Both the position numbers and the translations under genes were made by a program. A stretch of DNA of 64,000 nucleotides from Deltaproteobacteria bacterium (GTDB lineage: Bacteria; SAR324; NAC60-12), in assembly GCA_038150265.1 (NCBI GenBank), contig JAYOTF010000004.1:1-64000 (forward strand), given 5' to 3'. Of the stretch, positions 56,787 through 64,000 are shown one piece after another (position 1 is the first letter of the stretch; each line of letters begins with the position of its first letter). Below the pieces are notes generated by a model that did no database searches, was not told where the DNA came from, and was given only the letters and a program-made list of their open reading frames with translations.

Positions 56787-57881
56787 ATGCTCCTCTTTCG
56801 TTCGCTGTTCCTTCAGCTGCTCCCAGCGTTTCTGCTGTCCACTGGGGTGCTGACGTTTATCCTGTCGATCGATACCGTCTACAAGCTCATCAACCTCATT
56901 GTGGAGCGGGGCGTCGGCGTCGGAAGCGTGGTGCTCATGCTGCTGTACCGCCTGCCGCAGTTCCTCTCGGTGACGCTGCCTCTGGCCATTGTGGTCTCCG
57001 TCTCCCTCCTCATCGTCCGGCTTTCGGCAGACCTCGAGCTGACCGCGCTGAAGGCCTCGGGCTACAGCCTCTGGCGCATTGGGCAGCCCATCTTCGCCTT
57101 CGGGTTGCTGACCACCAGCCTGGCCCTCGTCATCACCCTCTGGCTGCAACCGGCAGGCTATGCCGCCTTTGAAGCCGAGAAGCTCCGGATCCTCAAGAGC
57201 CAGACGGCCCGGACCATTCAGCCCAAGATCCTCAGCTACGACTTTCCGGGGAAGGTCCTGTACGTTCAGGGACGCTCGGAAAACGATCAGCTCTCCGGCG
57301 TCTTCATTGCCGACCGGGACCTGCGCTCCGATTCCATGGTCACGGTTGCCGAAACCGGACGGGTCGAAATTGACGAAAAGGAGCAGGGCCTGTCCCTCAA
57401 CCTCGCCAACGGCACCATCCACCTGGAAGGCACCGAAGGGTCCTACCGGATGATCGACTTCGAGACCTTCCGGTACACCTTCCGCCCCCCCCGGATTGAT
57501 GATGCGGAACAGAACGGACACATCTGGGGGGTCCCCACTGCGCAGCTGCTGCTTCAGTCCAACCAGACCAGCCAGATGGAACTGCTGCTCCGCCTCACCA
57601 CCCCCTGGGCCTGCTTTGCCTTTGCGCTGGCGATGGTGCCCCTGGGCGTCAGCAACCCGCGTCATGGTCGCACCGGAGCCTACCTCCGGGCCCTGATTCT
57701 GGTGCTCGGACACTACATCCTCTGGCTCGGATCCAAGGAGTTGGTGTCTGGCATGAAGCAGACGCCCCATACCCTCTGGTTGCCCCCGCTGGCGATCTCG
57801 CTGTTTGGCCTGTATCAGTTGGTCAAAATCGACCAAAACTCTCGTTCCTTGTTGGAGACCGTTCGTGACTTCTTTCGCTAA
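56787..57881 (+). CDS. lptF: LptF/LptG-family LPS export permease
   Basis: LP.FL.VTLP, RLSADLELTALKASG, periplasmic domain, 3 C-terminal TM segments. Confidence 0.85.
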   Translation: MLLFRSLFLQLLPAFLLSTGVLTFILSIDTVYKLINLIVERGVGVGSVVLMLLYRLPQFLSVTLPLAIVVSVSLLIVRLSADLELTALKASGYSLWRIGQPIFAFGLLTTSLALVITLWLQPAGYAAFEAEKLRILKSQTARTIQPKILSYDFPGKVLYVQGRSENDQLSGVFIADRDLRSDSMVTVAETGRVEIDEKEQGLSLNLANGTIHLEGTEGSYRMIDFETFRYTFRPPRIDDAEQNGHIWGVPTAQLLLQSNQTSQMELLLRLTTPWACFAFALAMVPLGVSNPRHGRTGAYLRALILVLGHYILWLGSKELVSGMKQTPHTLWLPPLAISLFGLYQLVKIDQNSRSLLETVRDFFR

Positions 57882-58521
57882 GCACGTCAAGCCCCTGGTG
57901 CTGGCGCTCGCGCTGCTGGTGCCCCTCCCCCTTCTGGCTCAAAGCACCGAAGAGCTGCTGCAGGCGGTGCAGCAACGCTACCTCGCCACCTCGAGCTTCA
58001 CGGCTCACTTTGCACAACGGGACCGCCGGACCGGAAGCGCCCCGCGCGAAGCCGAGGGGCTGCTCAAGTACAAACGCGGCATGATGCGCTGGCAGTATGA
58101 AGCCCCGGAGGAGCAGCTCATTGTCACCAATGGCGACACCCTCTGGCTCTACGATCCGCTGCTGGAAAACGTCACCATTCAGCCGCTGAACAACGTGGCC
58201 ACCGGAACCGCCCTCGCCTTTTTGCTCGGACTCGGAGACCTCGGTCAGGACTTTCAGGTTCAGGAGGTCAGCCAGACCCTCTTCACGCAAGAGCGCGGGA
58301 TGGTGCTGGAGCTCAAGCCCCGGGAGCCTCTGGCCAACCTGGAGCTGATGCAACTGGAGGTCAACCCCGACACCCTGGAGCTGCAGGCGCTTGCCCTGGC
58401 AGATGCGCAGGGAAACGTCCGGGAGATCCGTTTGTCAGAGGTGGCGCGCGAGGTGGAACTGGCTGATGAGGAGTTCCAGTTCGACGTCACGCCGGACATG
58501 GAAGTCATTCAAACCGAATGA
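57865..58521 (+). CDS. lolA: Outer-membrane lipoprotein carrier LolA
   Basis: FTAHFAQ, MRWQYEAPEEQLIVTNGDTLWLYDP. Confidence 0.9.
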   Translation: MTSFAKHVKPLVLALALLVPLPLLAQSTEELLQAVQQRYLATSSFTAHFAQRDRRTGSAPREAEGLLKYKRGMMRWQYEAPEEQLIVTNGDTLWLYDPLLENVTIQPLNNVATGTALAFLLGLGDLGQDFQVQEVSQTLFTQERGMVLELKPREPLANLELMQLEVNPDTLELQALALADAQGNVREIRLSEVAREVELADEEFQFDVTPDMEVIQTE

Positions 58522-58528
58522 GGCACCA

Positions 58529-60643
58529 ATGAGTGGTCGACCCGCCATGCGGAAGGAGCTGACGCTCCTCAACGTCTATGCCATTGCCACCGGAACCACG
58601 CTGAGCGCGGGGTTCTTTCTGCTTCCGGGCATTGCCTTCCGGGAAGCAGGACCCGCCATGGTGCTGAGCTACCTGATTGCCGCCATCCCGCTGATTCCAG
58701 CCATGTTCAGCGTTGTGGAACTCTCAACAGCCATGCCTCGAGCCGGAGGCGCCTACTACTTCCTCGACCGCAGCCTGGGCCCGCTGGTTGGCACCATTGG
58801 CGGGCTCGGGACCTGGTTTGCCCTGAACCTGAAAACGGCCTTCTCCCTCATTGGCATCGGGGCCTACCTGAGCATCTTCTGGCCAGAGCTGCCCACCCTG
58901 TGGGTGGCCACTGGGCTGGCCCTTGCCTTTGGGGTGATGAACCTGTTCGGCTCCAAAAAGAGCGGGTCGCTGCAGGTGTGGATGGTCGCCGGCTTGCTCA
59001 CCATCCTCTTCCTCTTCCTCGGAAGCGGGGTGCCGCAGATTCAGCCCCAGCGCTTTGAGGGCTTCTTTGACAAAGGCACCCTCGCCGTGTTTTCCACCGC
59101 CGGACTGGTTTACGTCAGCTACGTCGGGGTCACCAAGATTGCCAGCGTCTCCGAGGAAATCCGGAACCCCGAACGGAACCTGCCCCTTGGCATCTTCCTG
59201 GCCATTGGGACCGCCCTCACGGTGTACGGCGTTGGCGCGCTGGTGATTGTGGGCCTCCTGCCTGGCGAGGAATTGCAAAATGACCTCACTCCCGTGGCCT
59301 CGGCGGCAGGCGTGCTGTTTGGGCCTCCAGGCAAGATCCTCCTGACCTTTGCAGCGCTCCTGGCCTTCTCTTCCGTGGCCAATGCCGGCATCCTCAGCGC
59401 CTCGCGGTACCCCCTGGCCATGAGCCGCGATCACCTCCTGCCCCGTAAATTTGCCCGGGTTGGACGCTCCGGAGCCCCCATTGTGGGCATCTGGGTCACG
59501 GTGTTCGCGATCATTGCGATGATCTGGGCCTTTGATGTGACCAAGATCGCCAAACTCGCCAGCGCGTTTCAGCTCCTCATGTTCTCCCTGCTGTGCCTCG
59601 CGGTGGTCGTCATGCGGGAAAGCGGGCTGGAGTCGTATGACGCCGGATACCGCTCCCCGCTGTACCCATGGATGCAGATCTTTGGGGCCTTTGCTCCGCT
59701 GGTGCTGATTGCTGAAATGGGGCTGCTGCCAATCCTCTTCACCCTGGCCCTGATTGCCTCCGGAGTGGTCTGGTACGTGGCTTATGCCCGCAAGCAGGTC
59801 ATCCGGACCGGGGCCATCTACCACCTGTTTGCCCGCCTGGGCGAATTCCGGGACGTGGGGCTCGACCGCGAACTGCGGGGCATCATGAAGGAAAAGGGCG
59901 CCCGGCTGGAAGATCCCTTCGATGAGGTCGTCGCGCGCGCCACGGTTCTCGACCGGACCACCGGCGAGCCCTTTGAAAAGCTGGCCACGCGAGCCGCCCA
60001 GAACCTGGGCTTCCGCCTCAACCTCGCAGAAGACGAGCTGCTCCGGGAGTTCCTGGAAGGCAGCCGCATTGGCGCCACCCCGATCTCCGGAGGCGCGGCG
60101 CTGCCCCATGCGCGGCGTCCTGGGCTGACTCAGGCCGAGATGGTCATGGTGCGCTGTCAACCCGGAGCCTCCGTCGAGACGCCTGGCCCCAATGGCGAGC
60201 TTCAGGAGACGGGCCCCATCCACGCCTTCTTCTTCTTTGTCAGCCCCAGCGACAACCCCGGGCAGCACCTGCGGATTTTGGCCCAGGTTGCCAACCGGGT
60301 CGATGAAGAGCACTTCCTTGAGGAGTGGCTCTCTGCCACCAACGACCAGGAGCTCAAGGAGGTGCTGCTCCGCAACGAACGCTTCCTCTCCCTGAGGCTC
60401 CAAACCGCCACCCCCACCGCTGACCTCATTGGGCGCGAGTTGCGGGAGGTTCAGCTTCCGGAAGGCTGCCTCGTTGCCCTCATCCGCCGTGGGAGCATCA
60501 CGCTCGTGCCTCAGGGACACACGCAGCTCCGTGAAGGAGACCGCCTGACGCTCATTGGAGACAGCAAAGGCATCCGTACCCTGCAAAATCACTACGGCTC
60601 CGGTGCCTCCACCGGCCAACCCTTCTCCCGACAGGTTCCATGA
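58529..60643 (+). CDS. APC amino-acid permease fused to PTS EIIA-like and RCK_C (TrkA-C) domains
   Basis: [73 protein letters not shown]. Confidence 0.9.
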   Translation: MSGRPAMRKELTLLNVYAIATGTTLSAGFFLLPGIAFREAGPAMVLSYLIAAIPLIPAMFSVVELSTAMPRAGGAYYFLDRSLGPLVGTIGGLGTWFALNLKTAFSLIGIGAYLSIFWPELPTLWVATGLALAFGVMNLFGSKKSGSLQVWMVAGLLTILFLFLGSGVPQIQPQRFEGFFDKGTLAVFSTAGLVYVSYVGVTKIASVSEEIRNPERNLPLGIFLAIGTALTVYGVGALVIVGLLPGEELQNDLTPVASAAGVLFGPPGKILLTFAALLAFSSVANAGILSASRYPLAMSRDHLLPRKFARVGRSGAPIVGIWVTVFAIIAMIWAFDVTKIAKLASAFQLLMFSLLCLAVVVMRESGLESYDAGYRSPLYPWMQIFGAFAPLVLIAEMGLLPILFTLALIASGVVWYVAYARKQVIRTGAIYHLFARLGEFRDVGLDRELRGIMKEKGARLEDPFDEVVARATVLDRTTGEPFEKLATRAAQNLGFRLNLAEDELLREFLEGSRIGATPISGGAALPHARRPGLTQAEMVMVRCQPGASVETPGPNGELQETGPIHAFFFFVSPSDNPGQHLRILAQVANRVDEEHFLEEWLSATNDQELKEVLLRNERFLSLRLQTATPTADLIGRELREVQLPEGCLVALIRRGSITLVPQGHTQLREGDRLTLIGDSKGIRTLQNHYGSGASTGQPFSRQVP

Positions 60644-61392
60644 CCCCTCGTACCGATGGACGCACCTCCGACCAGGCGCGTCCCCTGACCCTCACCCCGA
60701 ACTACCTCCTGCATGCCGAAGGCTCGGTGCTGGTGGAATGCGGCCTCACCAAGGTCATCTGCACTGCGTCTGTGGAGCGTGAGGCCCCGTCGTGGCTCCG
60801 AGGCCCTGATGGCCAGCCCCGGCATGGCTGGGTCACGGCTGAATACGGCATGCTCCCCCGCTCCACAGGCACCCGGAAGCGCCGCGAAACCGGAAAGGTG
60901 GATGGCCGGACCCAGGAGATTCAACGGCTCATCGGACGCTCCCTCCGTTCGGTCACGGACCTGGATGCGCTCAAACCCCACGCCATCTGGATCGACTGTG
61001 ATGTCATCCAGGCGGATGGCGGCACCCGGACGGCTTCCATTACCGGAGCCTTTGTGGCCCTGGTCCTCGCGCTCCGGACCCTGCAGGAGAAGGGGCAGCT
61101 GGACACCTTTCCCATTCAGCAGCACCTTGCTGCCATTAGCGTTGGCCTTGTGGCCGGGACCCCCTTGCTGGATCTGAAGTATGATGAAGACCGAGACGCC
61201 GAGGTGGACATGAACGTGGTGATGCTGGAAGACGGGACCTTTGTCGAAGTTCAGGGCACGGCCGAGGGCAAGACCTTCAGCCGAGCCCAGCTCACGGCTT
61301 TCCTCGACCTCGCCGAGGCCGGGATCCGCTCTCACATCTCGGTACAACGCGCCGCCCTGGCCAACACCCTTGCCCTTCCCACGACTTCCTGA
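60640..61392 (+). CDS. rph: Ribonuclease PH
   Basis: [46 protein letters not shown]. Confidence 0.97.
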   Translation: MTPRTDGRTSDQARPLTLTPNYLLHAEGSVLVECGLTKVICTASVEREAPSWLRGPDGQPRHGWVTAEYGMLPRSTGTRKRRETGKVDGRTQEIQRLIGRSLRSVTDLDALKPHAIWIDCDVIQADGGTRTASITGAFVALVLALRTLQEKGQLDTFPIQQHLAAISVGLVAGTPLLDLKYDEDRDAEVDMNVVMLEDGTFVEVQGTAEGKTFSRAQLTAFLDLAEAGIRSHISVQRAALANTLALPTTS

Positions 61393-62225
61393 TGTTTCCC
61401 ACCATTTTTTCCCTTGAGCTTCCCTTCCTCGGCATCACCCTGGAGCCCCGATTCTACGGGCTGTTTTATGCGATCTCCGTCCTGATTGGCTCCAAGATTG
61501 TGCTGCACGAGGTGGAGCGGCGCCGGATTCGCCTGACTGAGGATGAAGCCATGAACTGCACCCTGATCATCTTCATGGCAGGGCTGTTCGGAGGGCGGAC
61601 GTATGAGGTGGTGATGGAGTGGCCCAACTACTACGCCCATCAGGAGTGGTGGAAGGTGTTTGCCGTCTGGGAAGGCGGGCTGGCCATTCACGGGGCCATC
61701 GTCTTTGGCCCCTTGGCGCTGTTGGCCTACTGTCGCTGGAAGCGCATCTCGCTCTCAGCCATGCTCGACATTGCCACCCTTTGCATCATCCAGGGGCAGG
61801 CCATTGGCCGGTGGGGAAACTTTACCAATGGAGAAGCGGCAGGCCCCGTCACTGACGCCTGGACGGGGGTGGTCTTTCCGGAAGGAACCGTGGTGGACCG
61901 CTACGCCCAGGGGCAACCGGTGCATCCGACCATGATTTACGAGTCCCTTGCCAACGCCCTGCTGTTTGTGCTGCTGTGGCGACTCCGGCGTCAGAACTAC
62001 CGTCCGGGGATGCTTTCGGCGCTCTACCTGATCGGATACGCGGTCATCCGCTCTTCCCTGACCCCCTTCCGGATGGACAACCAGTTCCTCACCTTTGGTG
62101 ACACCGTCATCCTGGCACCGTATGGCATCAGCGCGATCATGATCCTTGCCGCGCTGCTCTGGATTCGTGGAGGCAAGCTCTGGCAACCGGACCCAACGCT
62201 GGCTGGGGCTCAGGCGTCACGCTGA
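61392..62225 (+). CDS. lgt: Prolipoprotein diacylglyceryl transferase
   Basis: FYGLF, WEGGLAIHG, QAIGRWGNF.N.E, HPTMIYE. Confidence 0.96.
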   Translation: MFPTIFSLELPFLGITLEPRFYGLFYAISVLIGSKIVLHEVERRRIRLTEDEAMNCTLIIFMAGLFGGRTYEVVMEWPNYYAHQEWWKVFAVWEGGLAIHGAIVFGPLALLAYCRWKRISLSAMLDIATLCIIQGQAIGRWGNFTNGEAAGPVTDAWTGVVFPEGTVVDRYAQGQPVHPTMIYESLANALLFVLLWRLRRQNYRPGMLSALYLIGYAVIRSSLTPFRMDNQFLTFGDTVILAPYGISAIMILAALLWIRGGKLWQPDPTLAGAQASR

Positions 62226-64000
62226 GCGGACTCAGTAAACACGGGGAGCCGAATCACGATGCGCGTTCCGGTGCCTTCCTGAGACTGGCAGTCGATGCTT
62301 CCGTGATGACTGGCGACCAGGCCATAGGCCATGGCCAGGCCGAGCCCCTGTCCCTGCCCCACGGCTTTTGTGGTGAAGAAGGGATCGAAGACCTTCGAAA
62401 GCACCGCCTCCGGAATCCCCACTCCTGTATCTTCCACCACCAGCTCCACACACGACGTCCCTGCTTTCACCCCTCCGGAAGCCGTCAGGACCCGGACGTC
62501 ACTGGTGTCCATCGAATCCAGGGCGTTCAGGATCAGGGCATGGAGCATCTGAATGAGCCGCAGGGCATCTCCTGCGACCGGAGGCAGGTCAGCCGGAAGC
62601 TCGTTCTGCACGCGGACCTGCTGCTCCGAGATGCGAGTCAGGGAAAGCGTCACGGCCTCTTCCCACAGCTCGGAGAGGGAGCAAGGCTCCAGCTCCAGCC
62701 CTCGTTCCTGTCCCAGGGAACGCAGCTGCCGAATGATGCGGGTGATGCGCTGAACCTGCTGCTGCGCCTCGTGCAGGATCTTCCGTGAAGCCTCCTCTTC
62801 CAGGTTTCCGGCTGCCAGGTCTTCTTCCAACTCGTACAGCACGCCATTGATGTAGGAGAGGGGCTGGTTGATTTCGTGGGCCATCCCGGTGCCCATCAGG
62901 GCCAGGGACGAGAGCTTGGCCGATTGCAGCAGGCGCTCCTGAGCCTGCTTGAGCTCCTGCGTCCGGGCGTCCACCAGCTGCTCGAGGTGCCGCCGGTGCT
63001 GAGTCAGCTCCTCCTCCAGCGCCTTGCGCTGAGTGATGTCTTCCTTGATGGCAATGTAGTTGATGATCTCTCCCCCGCGGTTCCGGACCGGTGTAATGGT
63101 CGCGTCTTCCCAAAACAGGGAGCCATCCTTGTGTCGGTTGCACAGCTCTCCGCGCCAGGTTGCCCCCTGCGAGATGGTTTCCCACAGGTCCCGGTAGTAC
63201 TCCTCGGTGTGCCTTCCGGAGCGCAGAGCCCGGGGGTTCTGATGAAGGACCTCCTCAGCGGTGTATCCGGAGATGGTACAGAAGTATGGGTTGACGTACT
63301 CAATGTGGCCCTCCACATCTGTGATGACCACCGAGGCCCGGCTCTGCTCAATGGCCCGGCTGAGCTTGAGCTGCTCCCGCTGGGCGTTCCGGAGGTCCGA
63401 CACGTCCTTGGCCACAATCACTGCTGCCGGAGGCTCCCGATGCTCATCGCGTCCTGCCGGCAACGGAGCCCCTGACACCAGCACCGGAATGCGCTGCCCG
63501 GTTTGGGTGAGCAGAAAATCCGTCCGCTCGAGCTGATCAAACGTGGCCCCCTGGCCAAACAGCCGGGAAATCGGGCACCCCTGCAGCTCCTCGTCTCGGT
63601 AGCCCAGAAGCCGCACGGCCGCCTGATTCCAGCGCAGGATCCGGGACTCTGCCGAGACCACAAACAGCGGGTCCGTCAACGATTCCAGGATGCGATCGAC
63701 CTGCGCTTTTTCCTCGCGCATCTGCTCCCATGCCGCCTGAAGGTTCGATGCCATCAGATTCAGCGTGGCCGCCAGCCGGTCTTCGGAAGAACGACACGGG
63801 ACCCGAAAGCTGAGGTTGCCGGCCAGCACCTGCTTGGCTTGCTGCGTCAGCAACAAGAGGCTCCGATCCAGGGTCTGGAGGGCCTCAATGATCGCCTCAA
63901 ACTCATCGGACTCCCCCTCCGGAATCTGCGGAAGCGGCTTTCCCTGAGCCACCAGCTGCGCCCACCGCACCACCTGCAGGACGCGCTTCCGGGAGCGCTG
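62210..64000 (-). CDS. Partial sensor histidine kinase (HAMP-like, 2 PAS, HisKA, HATPase)
   Basis: GMAHEINQP, LILNALD, DTGVGI, FDPFFTTK, GQGLGL; frame stays open to the window end. Confidence 0.93.
   Translation of the reverse strand, partial: QRSRKRVLQVVRWAQLVAQGKPLPQIPEGESDEFEAIIEALQTLDRSLLLLTQQAKQVLAGNLSFRVPCRSSEDRLAATLNLMASNLQAAWEQMREEKAQVDRILESLTDPLFVVSAESRILRWNQAAVRLLGYRDEELQGCPISRLFGQGATFDQLERTDFLLTQTGQRIPVLVSGAPLPAGRDEHREPPAAVIVAKDVSDLRNAQREQLKLSRAIEQSRASVVITDVEGHIEYVNPYFCTISGYTAEEVLHQNPRALRSGRHTEEYYRDLWETISQGATWRGELCNRHKDGSLFWEDATITPVRNRGGEIINYIAIKEDITQRKALEEELTQHRRHLEQLVDARTQELKQAQERLLQSAKLSSLALMGTGMAHEINQPLSYINGVLYELEEDLAAGNLEEEASRKILHEAQQQVQRITRIIRQLRSLGQERGLELEPCSLSELWEEAVTLSLTRISEQQVRVQNELPADLPPVAGDALRLIQMLHALILNALDSMDTSDVRVLTASGGVKAGTSCVELVVEDTGVGIPEAVLSKVFDPFFTTKAVGQGQGLGLAMAYGLVASHHGSIDCQSQEGTGTRIVIRLPVFTESAQRDA

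Noticed and set aside
1..64000. CRISPR array, IS element, prophage, rRNA
   Set aside because: No regularly spaced repeats, transposase, integrase, phage genes or rRNA-like segments seen

Overview
A high-GC (roughly 60-65% by eye), gene-dense stretch of bacterial chromosome. The gene mix (fliW-csrA flagellar cluster, secreted caspase/PEGA modules, ChiS-type regulator) suggests a deltaproteobacteria-like lineage such as SAR324; this is inference only. Layout: (1) 1-7.1 kb, two tandem paralogous minus-strand modules, each a signal-peptide C14 caspase-like protease plus a Cys-motif envelope partner, each preceded by the same 41-bp promoter-like motif, and ending in a Cys-repeat lipoprotein absent from the ORF track; (2) a frameshifted BatA-like gene, APH-family phosphotransferase, LacI regulator and GNAT; (3) flgI-J-M-N-K-L-csrA-fliW with sigma54 and sigma28 promoter matches; (4) TrkH, an ~850-aa orphan with several receiver-like segments, SprT, GluQ-like synthetase, UxaA, Prx5-Grx with an OxyR box, YrbG, an MCP plus a stand-alone PDC sensor; (5) metY, ubiE/menG, a hexaheme triple-c4 cytochrome, a REC-ChiS-type DNA-binding regulator, DAHP synthase, ppnN, chaC; (6) a LacI/ABC/GH2 sugar locus, ctpA, recJ, exonuclease, lptF, lolA, an APC-EIIA-RCK fusion, rph, lgt and a partial PAS histidine kinase. 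I saw no rRNA, tRNA, CRISPR array or transposase. The palindrome TCCGGA is strongly over-represented. All family calls are from motif recognition by eye, with no database search.
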